From contig CAXCCF010000002.1 of NCBI GenBank assembly GCA_963981035.1, forward strand, positions 15,578 through 79,577: a DNA stretch of 64,000 nt, written 5' to 3'. The notes beneath the pieces were generated by a model. The model had not been told where the DNA came from. It did no database searches and saw only the letters and a program-made list of their open reading frames with translations. Position 1 is the stretch's first letter, and each line of letters opens with the position of its first letter. A program made the translations under genes and the position numbers. Source of the stretch: an uncultured euryarchaeote. GTDB taxonomy: Archaea; Thermoplasmatota; Poseidoniia; Poseidoniales; Poseidoniaceae. Positions 18,780-27,218 of this stretch are shown here, piece after piece.

Positions 18780-19004
18780 TTATTCCTCCTCTTGATAAGA
18801 TTCTTGCCAGGCATTAATCCATCGAGGATCACATGGTTGATACATGAAAAAGAGGAAACCTCCCTCTTCTTTATCTTCCATTACTATCGAACGTTTACGC
18901 ATTCCGTGAACATTTCTCAGATAGAGAATTAGCGATTCTAACACTACTCTTCTGGAGTGGTGAACGCTCACAGGTGTGCGTTTCCAATAAACGCGCACCG
19001 ACAC
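18780..19004 (-). CDS. Hypothetical small protein (doubtful)
   Basis: 74-aa ORF between S17e and the SpoU MTase with no recognisable motif. Its 5' region is GC-rich and hairpin-prone. Confidence 0.25.
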   Translation of the reverse strand: MSVRVYWKRTPVSVHHSRRVVLESLILYLRNVHGMRKRSIVMEDKEEGGFLFFMYQPCDPRWINAWQESYQEEE

Positions 19005-19013
19005 GTGAACACC

Positions 19014-19205
19014 TCAATCAGTGCGGCGTAGTCTATAACGAGTGACGTATCCTGCAATCCAGTTTCTTAGTTTCTTGGATTCTACATCAGTTAATTGTGA
19101 TACCATTACCTTGTTATGGTCAAAATCTTCAGTGAATTTCTCACCGTGTTCTACGACTAGGCGGATGGCTCTAATTTTAATGAAACTTGGTCTAATATTT
19201 CCCAT
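19014..19205 (-). CDS. rps17e: Ribosomal protein S17e
   Basis: MGNIRPSFIKIRAIRLV...SKKLRNWIAGYVTR. Confidence 0.8.
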   Translation of the reverse strand: MGNIRPSFIKIRAIRLVVEHGEKFTEDFDHNKVMVSQLTDVESKKLRNWIAGYVTRYRLRRTD

Positions 19206-19210
19206 AATAT

Positions 19211-19486
19211 TCACTCCTCAAATAATTTTACTTCGATAGGGATGTCTGGCTCGTCGTGGCGAGTAATTTGCAACTTGATCTTACGTGGAGGGTTTTCAAT
19301 TCCACGAGACCAAATGTACTCGTTTACTGCAGGGTCTATCCAGACAACTTCTTCTTCTGTTACCTTCAAGTGTTGAATTACTTGATTCTTGATAATTTGT
19401 ATTGCACGTGGTGCACGCTTGTATCTAGTAATATTCCATGCATGGCGCAATGGAACTACTAATTCAGATTGGTTTGCTCTAGCCAT
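19211..19486 (-). CDS. rpl31e: Ribosomal protein L31e
   Basis: VVPLRHAWNITRYKRAPRAIQIIKNQVIQHL. Confidence 0.85.
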   Translation of the reverse strand: MARANQSELVVPLRHAWNITRYKRAPRAIQIIKNQVIQHLKVTEEEVVWIDPAVNEYIWSRGIENPPRKIKLQITRHDEPDIPIEVKLFEE

Positions 19487-19495
19487 AATAACACC

Positions 19496-19651
19496 TCAGC
19501 GTTGTAGCTTACTGCGTCTCCAGTGGTGTCTCTTAGGGTGAGAAACCGTATTTCGGTCGGTCTTTAACATGATCCAAACAGGGACACGTCTATTCTGCTT
19601 TCCTGCTTTTAACAGGCGTATTTTTTTTGCGGCTGGCTTATTTCTTGACAT
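19496..19651 (-). CDS. rpl39e: Ribosomal protein L39e
   Basis: [31 protein letters not shown] (51 aa). The ORF-track N-terminal extension was discarded. Confidence 0.85.
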   Translation of the reverse strand: MSRNKPAAKKIRLLKAGKQNRRVPVWIMLKTDRNTVSHPKRHHWRRSKLQR

Positions 19652-19664
19652 TTCGAGCACCTTC

Positions 19665-20036
19665 TCAGATTCTTCGGATGGACGCACTATGGCGGCTCTT
19701 GGATTGTGATGCGAGCAATTGCTTGAATTGCTCATCGTTGATAATACCTTGAATTCTACCTTCTTGATTCATTTTCATCAAAGCTACTTTGATGCTGTCT
19801 GCACGCTGTGGTGTAGCCATTGCAATAGTGGCTAAACGTGAGCGGGCCTCAGGAGAAAGAATTGATTTGATTGCTGCATTGATATTTTGCTCATCAACTT
19901 GTGCTTGTTGTGCTTTTATCTCAGCATCTGCTTGCGCTGATGCTTGCTGTTGTAATTGCTTTTGCAACTCTAAACGGCGTTGTTCTCTCAATATAGACAA
20001 CTCATTATCTTGAGTTGTCACCATTGTATTCACCAC
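19665..20036 (-). CDS. PDCD5/TFAR19-like DNA-binding protein
   Basis: A Gln-rich coiled N-terminus plus a conserved C-terminal domain, in the usual position between S19e and L39e in archaeal genomes. Confidence 0.7.
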   Translation of the reverse strand: MVNTMVTTQDNELSILREQRRLELQKQLQQQASAQADAEIKAQQAQVDEQNINAAIKSILSPEARSRLATIAMATPQRADSIKVALMKMNQEGRIQGIINDEQFKQLLASQSKSRHSASIRRI

Positions 20037-20045
20037 TTCACTTCC

Positions 20046-20537
20046 TTAGTACTTATCTAAACCAGGGAATTGCTCATTTGCAGCATCTCTGCAACCATGA
20101 GCGATTTCGTTTAGCATCTTTTGGCCAGCACTAGTGATTCTGCGACCTGCATAAAGTTGAACTTCTCCATCTTCTGTTTCAATGGTCTTTGTTGGAACCT
20201 TTTCAACCAATCCTGCGGATTCAAGTTGTTGAAGAGATGTACGGATAATATGTCGTCCTGCAACACCAGGTGTATTTGGCATTGCACCATTATCCTTGAT
20301 TCCACCATATGCTTGTGAAAGATGTGTTACACCGATTGGACCTTCTCTTGCTACCTTTCTAAGAAGTGCAGCAGATCTAAGGTACCACCAGTTTTCTTGG
20401 GATGGTGGGCGCTCACGTGAAACTGCAGTCTTGACAAATCCAGCCCAATCTGGAGTTTCAATTCCATCGGTTGATGCAATTCTCTCAGCAAGAGCTGGGA
20501 TAAGGAGTTCAGCAGGAATATCGTAGAACGTGGTCAT
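20046..20537 (-). CDS. rps19e: Ribosomal protein S19e
   Basis: MTTFYDIPAELLIPALAERI...WWYLRSAALLRKV...GRHIIRTSLQQLE. Start taken at MTTFYD. Confidence 0.85.
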   Translation of the reverse strand: MTTFYDIPAELLIPALAERIASTDGIETPDWAGFVKTAVSRERPPSQENWWYLRSAALLRKVAREGPIGVTHLSQAYGGIKDNGAMPNTPGVAGRHIIRTSLQQLESAGLVEKVPTKTIETEDGEVQLYAGRRITSAGQKMLNEIAHGCRDAANEQFPGLDKY

Positions 20538-20680
20538 GATAAGACACCAAGCAATTCGCCGACTTATCTCCCCTATATCAAGGAAACGGGTATGAGCGGG
20601 GTACTGATTGGCCATCTGTTGCTTGATTAACGGGTATTTTTTTGTGCAAGTGTTGATGAAGTGGTTACTTTACGCCACGC

Positions 20681-21502
20681 ATGATGAAGAAAGCATTAGC
20701 CCAAAATCCGAACCTTCTTCGGACACTTCTGGGACTTTCATTCACGCTAATTTTTTTGCTATCATATGCAGTTTATGGCGCAACAATAGCCCCTTCGTAC
20801 TACATTTATGAAACAGAAGCAGTCTCTACTGAAATGTCAGATAGTGAACCTCAAAAATTGTATGATGATGGAGATAATACTACTACTTGGCATTGGGAGT
20901 TTGCAGTTGATGGACAAAATTTGACATGGGTAAATCTAACTGCAATGGAGTTATCAGATGGCGCCATTGTAAAATTATCAAATGGAGCGGGTTTGTTTAG
21001 CCACCACCTGCTTGGAGTTGCCGGCGCAAGGGATTTTTCCTGCCAGCAACAATGTCAACAAAATATTACACACCAGATAATTTCTGAAAGTGGGGAAGAA
21101 GTTTCAATAGTTACACTAACCGAATTAGACCCTGCGCGAAGAAATAATGGTTCAGTATATGGGGAGGATATCAATGCTGCTGAGAAAAGGGCCCGTGAAG
21201 AAATTGAATATTTTCATTCACCTTCGACAATACGCGTAGAAATTATTGAGCAAGGAAATAGAAGCACCAATCCAAGTATCATGTTGATTAGTGTTAACGA
21301 AGAATTTGCTTCAATTTCTGTGTTTTCAGTTGATGCTGCAACAGAGTTCTTGTGGGCATTAGCATCAGTAGTCGGATGTTTTGCAGTGATATTAATTCCA
21401 TCTTTTACAATATTTTTTGCTGCTAGAGCAAAGGAAAAGAGAGATAATTTGAAACTCAAACAACAGCAATCCGAGGATGAAATTTCAATTAATGCCAATT
21501 AA
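20681..21502 (+). CDS. Membrane protein with N- and C-terminal TM anchors and an extracytoplasmic domain
   Basis: Hydrophobic segments LLRTLLGLSFTLIFLLSYAV and ALASVVGCFAVILIPSFTIFFAA. Confidence 0.5.
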   Translation: MMKKALAQNPNLLRTLLGLSFTLIFLLSYAVYGATIAPSYYIYETEAVSTEMSDSEPQKLYDDGDNTTTWHWEFAVDGQNLTWVNLTAMELSDGAIVKLSNGAGLFSHHLLGVAGARDFSCQQQCQQNITHQIISESGEEVSIVTLTELDPARRNNGSVYGEDINAAEKRAREEIEYFHSPSTIRVEIIEQGNRSTNPSIMLISVNEEFASISVFSVDAATEFLWALASVVGCFAVILIPSFTIFFAARAKEKRDNLKLKQQQSEDEISINAN

Positions 21503-21586
21503 TGAAAATAATATTCTAAGTGATGAGATATTAAAATTGTGACACTGTCCTCATATAGATTGAAGCAGTGTGCCGACATGAGGGGC

Positions 21587-24500
21587 ATGAGTAGATTACC
21601 GCTGATATTGGTTTTGATGATATTATTGTCTTCAAATATTTCTATTGAGAATCATAGCCTAGTGGAGGAAAATATTGATGCTGTTTCTGCTAGAGCAACT
21701 GGTGTTGATTTGGCTGTAACAAACTCCACCTATAGTTATCCAAATTCTGTTGATGAAGGAAAATACCGCATGTTTTCATCTAATTTCCCAATTTTAGGAT
21801 TTAATAAACCATTTAATCTATTTGTCATAGATGCAATGGTAGATGTGCCGATTAGTGCAAAAATAGTCGTTGAAAACTTTGGCACAAATCCATCAGGAAC
21901 AATAGATATTAACATTAAATTATTGCACAATGAATATACTCAATTTGAGCTTGTAAATGATACGATTCAAATGGCATCAATTAATGGTGGTTCATCGAAT
22001 AGTATTGACCATCAATTTACCCCGACTTATTCAGGTAATCACACGATTGAAATTACTGTTACTTCAACAATTCTTGATGATAACCCGAATAATGATGTTT
22101 GGTCAAGAGGGTTTGCAGTTGGATATCAATACTACAATTGCGATGTTTTAACCTCATGGACTATCGGAAATATGTGGTCGTCAAACACAGATGCTTCAAT
22201 CTCAAAAGGCAAATCATGTCATGTCGGTTCTGGTTCTAGTTCAACATATAACAATGGAATGCAAACATCTCTAATTACACCAGTTCTTGATTTATCAGAT
22301 GCTGTTGAAAATCCTACAAGAACAAATGGATTAACTTTTTTCTACACCGGAAGCGCTGCTTCAAATGACCAACTGAAAATGTACTCAAAGAATACTGCAG
22401 GTGGTTGGAATGAATTGGGAACGATTAGCAATACCATTGACAATAACTTTGCTGATGGTAGTAATTGGCAAACCTTTACCGTCAACAATAAAGGATATTC
22501 TTCGCCACTAATTCCGGTTCCACAAGCCGATTTCCATTCACAATCTCAATTCAAGTTTGAATTTATCAGTGATTCTACAGGCGTTGATATTGGTTATTGG
22601 TTGGATGACTTAGTAATATTGTATGATCAAAAAGTGAAAGTGACAGAATATAGTTTGAGTTCAAGTGGCGTCTCCACAATAGGTTCATTGCCAGGTGATT
22701 GGGGCTCGGTTAGAGTTGAAGTGACAAATGACGGAAATATCACAGATTCATTTATCCCTTCATTGATAGGTTTACCATCTGATTGGCAAGTATATTATTC
22801 TCATACCAACGGCATTGCGTTAAATCCACAAACCGGAGTGTCATTATTCCCTGGTGAATCAAAACAAATAGATTTGAAAATAATGCCGGGCTTGAATGAA
22901 TCTACTGGATTTACTCAAATGACTTTCAAAGCATACTCTACTTACTACAATGAGATCAATACTACTTTACCAGTTCAATTTCAGGTATTAGCTGATAGAA
23001 TTCCGCTGATTACTGGGCCTGAGTTTAGACCTAGTTGCCCACCGGGTAGCACCTGTACATTTTCTGCACTTGTTGAAAACATAGGTGCAGCAACTGATGT
23101 ATTTGACTTGACAATTGACCAAACTACGCTCCCGAATGGTTGGCAAGTTGGTTTAGAATGGACACAGGCGAGTAGTATACTGGTTAGACCAGATACACCG
23201 GTGCAGATATTTATGACTATGTCACTACCAAATGATTGCCCTCCAGACACTCTTTCAACATTCAAATTAACTGCAACATCACAAAATGATACGAGTAGAT
23301 TCCATGAAATTGAAATCGATATCTCAGCATCGATGATATCCAATGCCAGCGTAGTCCAAACCATATCGCAATCCGCCGATGATTGGGTGATTACTGCTGG
23401 TGAAAGTAAGATGATTTCATTTACCATAACAAATCATGCTACTAGGCAAGATATTTTTGAGATGTCAGTTCAATCAAGCGGAGGATTATTCTGGGATGTT
23501 GAACAACCTACTAGACCTAATGCTGTGATTAACCCTGGAGATTCGACTACTTTTACTGCAAAGGTGACGGCTCCTGAAAATGCTCAAGCAGGTGATGATG
23601 GGCCGACGATAACACCAATTATCACATCAACAAGAAGTGGAATGTCATTTATGGGCGATGAATTTAACGAACTTGAAGTCGCAGTTATTGAAGACCTTGT
23701 AATTCGACTTATTGAATCACCAACAAAACTAATTCCGGGTGCTGCAAACAAAATTGAAGTTGAAATTGAAAATGACGGTAATGGCCCAACTGATGCGATG
23801 ATTGATCTGCCGAATTTGCCGAATACATGGCAATGGTGGATTAGAGTCGCAGACCAAAATCACACCGGCCCTATTGAATTGTCAGCCTCTTACGATTTAC
23901 AGGACATAAAAACTGTCGAAATCTGGATTTTAATTTCAATGACAGAATCAGCAGGAATATTGCATACGATAGAAATTGCATTATCCTCTGATTCAGCTGA
24001 AATAGACATTAATCCATCAGACAATTTTATCGAAACAAATGCAATAATTTCGTCACATAAACAGCCATTCATCACCAATTCCTCCAGCCCAGAGGGGGTC
24101 ATGGCCGGCTCAACCACATCTGCAAATATTACTATCCAAAATATTGGGAATGCTGTAGATAACCAAATTTCGGTACGAGCAATAATTTCAACATCTCCGC
24201 CAACCTCTGGAATAATCAGTTTCTTTTCTGTAGGCGAGAATGGCGGTGCTCTTCCAGTCGATGAGTGGTCAACGATTACACTTAGAGGTGGAGAAGAAAC
24301 GACTCTCTCAGTTGACATGATTCTTCCCGAGGACATTTCGCTCAATACAAGAATTGTTGTGAGATTTGAAATTGTTGGCGGATTAGATTTTGAAATGCGC
24401 CCATATAATTTAGATCATGAAGCGATGATCGTTGTTGACTCAAGACGTTCAATGACAACAACTTCTAGCCCTATTAGCAACGAGACAAATGAGTTTGGTA

Positions 24501-25219
24501 TTTCAGTTCCACTTTGGATTAATCTAACAAGCACGTCAACTGTGAATGAAAATTATATTGTTAGAAGTACTGTTCCCGACGGGTGGCAAGTGGTTTGTCT
24601 TGGAGTTCTAATGAATGAAAGTGGATACCCTATCACTACCTCTCCTGGACACATTAATGCGCAGGAAAAATTTGTTTCTTGTGATATTCACAGACTTAAT
24701 GGAATACTTGAGGGCCAAATAGAAATCACAGTAGAGAGCCAAGATGGGTTTTTGTCATGGCATGATAAACAATCAATATTTTTCCAACCTCAAGGCGATG
24801 AATCATTCGAACTCAGTACAGAGTTGGCAGTGGCAAGTGGACTCGCATTTTTCGTATTTATCGCATTAATTGCGGTATTAATTAAAAAGCGTTCATCGGA
24901 AGACGATGAAATGTCACACACTGAAGAAAAGGAAGAAGTCCCATTGGTTGCAACTTCTGGACCGCCGATTTCTCATATTAGTGGCCCGTCTGTGAGCCAA
25001 AACTCCATCGATACTAGTACGCAGCATATGAGTGATACGGACCAACCATCTAATGCGCCAACAGGACCTCCTCAAATTGAAGTTGTTAATACAGAACAAG
25101 AGATTCAAAGTCCTGCTCAAATTATTGGCCCACCACTACCTGATGCCGGTTTACCTGTAGGTTGGTCTATGGAACAGTGGAATCACTACGGTCAGCAATA
25201 TTTGGATGGAACTCTTTAG
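21587..25219 (+). CDS. Giant cell-surface protein (about 1210 aa): signal peptide, multiple beta-sandwich (CARDB/Ig-like) repeats, C-terminal TM anchor, Pro-rich cytoplasmic tail
   Basis: Signal peptide MRGMSRLPLILVLMILLSS. Recurrent ...G.s..i.v.v.N.G... repeat units. TM helix LAVASGLAFFVFIALIAVLIKKR, then a PxxP-rich tail. Confidence 0.7.
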   Translation: MSRLPLILVLMILLSSNISIENHSLVEENIDAVSARATGVDLAVTNSTYSYPNSVDEGKYRMFSSNFPILGFNKPFNLFVIDAMVDVPISAKIVVENFGTNPSGTIDINIKLLHNEYTQFELVNDTIQMASINGGSSNSIDHQFTPTYSGNHTIEITVTSTILDDNPNNDVWSRGFAVGYQYYNCDVLTSWTIGNMWSSNTDASISKGKSCHVGSGSSSTYNNGMQTSLITPVLDLSDAVENPTRTNGLTFFYTGSAASNDQLKMYSKNTAGGWNELGTISNTIDNNFADGSNWQTFTVNNKGYSSPLIPVPQADFHSQSQFKFEFISDSTGVDIGYWLDDLVILYDQKVKVTEYSLSSSGVSTIGSLPGDWGSVRVEVTNDGNITDSFIPSLIGLPSDWQVYYSHTNGIALNPQTGVSLFPGESKQIDLKIMPGLNESTGFTQMTFKAYSTYYNEINTTLPVQFQVLADRIPLITGPEFRPSCPPGSTCTFSALVENIGAATDVFDLTIDQTTLPNGWQVGLEWTQASSILVRPDTPVQIFMTMSLPNDCPPDTLSTFKLTATSQNDTSRFHEIEIDISASMISNASVVQTISQSADDWVITAGESKMISFTITNHATRQDIFEMSVQSSGGLFWDVEQPTRPNAVINPGDSTTFTAKVTAPENAQAGDDGPTITPIITSTRSGMSFMGDEFNELEVAVIEDLVIRLIESPTKLIPGAANKIEVEIENDGNGPTDAMIDLPNLPNTWQWWIRVADQNHTGPIELSASYDLQDIKTVEIWILISMTESAGILHTIEIALSSDSAEIDINPSDNFIETNAIISSHKQPFITNSSSPEGVMAGSTTSANITIQNIGNAVDNQISVRAIISTSPPTSGIISFFSVGENGGALPVDEWSTITLRGGEETTLSVDMILPEDISLNTRIVVRFEIVGGLDFEMRPYNLDHEAMIVVDSRRSMTTTSSPISNETNEFGISVPLWINLTSTSTVNENYIVRSTVPDGWQVVCLGVLMNESGYPITTSPGHINAQEKFVSCDIHRLNGILEGQIEITVESQDGFLSWHDKQSIFFQPQGDESFELSTELAVASGLAFFVFIALIAVLIKKRSSEDDEMSHTEEKEEVPLVATSGPPISHISGPSVSQNSIDTSTQHMSDTDQPSNAPTGPPQIEVVNTEQEIQSPAQIIGPPLPDAGLPVGWSMEQWNHYGQQYLDGTL

Positions 25220-25248
25220 ATAAAGCAAAAGGTGAACATTGTTTGGAG

Positions 25249-25428
25249 ATGTATATGGCAACATACCCTCCACTATGGTATGGATTGCTATTTATTGTTT
25301 CAATTTGTGGAGTTGCCACTTGGTATCTACGCAATTTCACCTCCAAAGAGGAGTTGACTAAACTAGTTGCCTTTAGCGGAATTATTGCAATGATTAGTTT
25401 ATTGGGATGGACATTAACTGAATTTTAA
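25249..25428 (+). CDS. Small two-TM membrane peptide (59 aa)
   Basis: MATYPPLWYGLLFIVSICGVATWYL...LVAFSGIIAMISLLGWTL. Its stop directly abuts the start of the next gene. Confidence 0.35.
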   Translation: MYMATYPPLWYGLLFIVSICGVATWYLRNFTSKEELTKLVAFSGIIAMISLLGWTLTEF

Positions 25429-25437
25429 GTGATTATT

Positions 25438-25944
25438 ATGGCTGAAATTGTTGATTCCTCGAATAGCACATATGCGGGGAAGTATCCCTGTAGGCTACCG
25501 GTATGGTGGGGACGCTATGGAGAAATTGGACCTCACCCAGAAGGTAATGGAATCAGTGGAAGAAAAATTGTCATTCGTATTGAAAAAAAGTTTAAGAAAA
25601 TTGAGTCAATATTCGCAAAATTATTACGAGCGCCTAAAGAATTAAGGAGACCACTTGACAAAATGAATAGTTTGCTTTGGGAATTATGCGATGGTACGAA
25701 AGATTTTGAGGAAATATGTAATCAATTAGATTCCACATACCATGAAGAAATCGCACCGGTAGTAAATAGAACAACTCTGGGAATCGCTTCATTAATCGCT
25801 AACAATCTAGTATTGGCGCTAGACAAGCCCTTTGATGGAAAGTGGAACATTGGACCAGGTATTACTCCTGCAGGGCAAGTTCTTGATGAATTAGATGAAC
25901 GATTAAAAATTGATATTTCACTATTGGATGGAGAAAAATATTAG
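25438..25944 (+). CDS. PqqD-like / RiPP-recognition-element (RRE) domain protein
   Basis: LDKMNSLLWELCDGTKDFEEICNQLDSTYHEEI...LIANNLVLAL fits the PqqD family pattern. An alternative GTG start lies at 25429. Confidence 0.5.
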   Translation: MAEIVDSSNSTYAGKYPCRLPVWWGRYGEIGPHPEGNGISGRKIVIRIEKKFKKIESIFAKLLRAPKELRRPLDKMNSLLWELCDGTKDFEEICNQLDSTYHEEIAPVVNRTTLGIASLIANNLVLALDKPFDGKWNIGPGITPAGQVLDELDERLKIDISLLDGEKY

Positions 25945-26291
25945 CCTAAAATTTCACTAAAATTTTGTGGCGGCCTTCCAATAATTACTCGCTTTCCATC
26001 ATCCAATAGAGGTCTTTGCATTACTTGGGGTAATTCGAGAAGAATAGTTAGCACATTTTTGCTATTGGTCAAATCAAGTGTTGTAAAATTCGATTGCTTG
26101 AATGCATCATCTCCATTGCGAATTAATCCAGAAACACATCCCTCAAGCCTTGAAATGATCTCCTCCAACTCACTTTTTGTCAAAGATGATTTGAGATAGT
26201 GTACAATCTCTACTTCCATTGTAGATTCATTGCATAGTTCAAGTCCTTGGCGCGATTTTGAACAACGTGGATTATGATAAAGGGTTGCCAT
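25941..26291 (-). CDS. ArsC/Spx-family (glutaredoxin-fold) arsenate reductase-like protein
   Basis: LYHNPRCSKSRQGLELC...KRVIIGRPP. Confidence 0.75.
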   Translation of the reverse strand: MATLYHNPRCSKSRQGLELCNESTMEVEIVHYLKSSLTKSELEEIISRLEGCVSGLIRNGDDAFKQSNFTTLDLTNSKNVLTILLELPQVMQRPLLDDGKRVIIGRPPQNFSEILG

Positions 26292-26328
26292 AGCAATTGC
26301 TCTAAATCCAAGTTAATGATTTATCTGT

Positions 26329-27072
26329 TTAATTTGGTTGCCACACCAAGCGAATTCCGATTCCATCTTTTGAGATATTTTGCTGTGAAGACCCTCTAGC
26401 TGAGCAACGTGTTGAATCACTTTCTGTGAACCAGTTTCCTCCTCTGTGTACTTTGCGATTTGACTCACTGTTTTTCATTGCAGATTGATCGCTTGGGGCA
26501 TCAGAATAGTCATCACACCAATCGTCCAGACACCATTCGCTCACATTTCCATGAAAATCATGAAAACCCCACTGGTTAGCCTTTTTCTGTCCGACTTCTC
26601 TAGTTGATGCTCCGGAATTTCCAGCGTGCCAGCCATGTTCGTCTAAATCTGAATCTCTATCTCCAAAGGACCAGCGTGTTATGGTGTCAGCGCGAGCAGC
26701 ATATTCCCATTCTGATTCACTTGGTAATCTCCAAATACCTCGCAATCCTAATCGCAATGAATCATTGTGTTCTGCGTTTAATTTGTCGATAAATAACTGA
26801 GCGTCGTCCCATGAAACATTTTCAATTGGCCGTAATCCCGCTGACCATCCTTCACAAAATTTCGCTGGGTTATCACCCATTACCGACTGCCAATGTAATT
26901 GTGTGACCTGCATTTGTCCAAAAAAATATGGCTCCGTAATATTGACATTGCGGGAAGGTGATTCTCTTCGTGGTGAGTTTATTGACATATTTCCCATGAC
27001 AAAGGTTCCTGGTTTAACCAATAAATATGTGGAACCAAAATCATCTTCAAAACGCGGAATCTGAGTGGACAT
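26329..27072 (-). CDS. FGE-sulfatase (SUMF1-like) domain protein
   Basis: WRLPSESEWEYAARA, GNVSEWCLDDW and HRGGNWFTES. Confidence 0.75.
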   Translation of the reverse strand: MSTQIPRFEDDFGSTYLLVKPGTFVMGNMSINSPRRESPSRNVNITEPYFFGQMQVTQLHWQSVMGDNPAKFCEGWSAGLRPIENVSWDDAQLFIDKLNAEHNDSLRLGLRGIWRLPSESEWEYAARADTITRWSFGDRDSDLDEHGWHAGNSGASTREVGQKKANQWGFHDFHGNVSEWCLDDWCDDYSDAPSDQSAMKNSESNRKVHRGGNWFTESDSTRCSARGSSQQNISKDGIGIRLVWQPN

Positions 27073-27218
27073 TGAAACACCTATCTCTTTCTTATTCTCG
27101 CTAGGTAGCCAAAGTTAATGTCATTTGCCATAAAAATATTGAATGTTGACAAAAAATTAGACCCAACGATAAGCAACTCTTATCCGCATTAGGTGGTCCC
27201 TTGCATATTGTGACTGTT

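Noticed and set aside
22981-24345. Minus-strand ORFs inside the giant surface-protein gene
   Set aside because: They are antisense to a long, signal-peptide-bearing ORF with consistent repeat structure and have no motifs.
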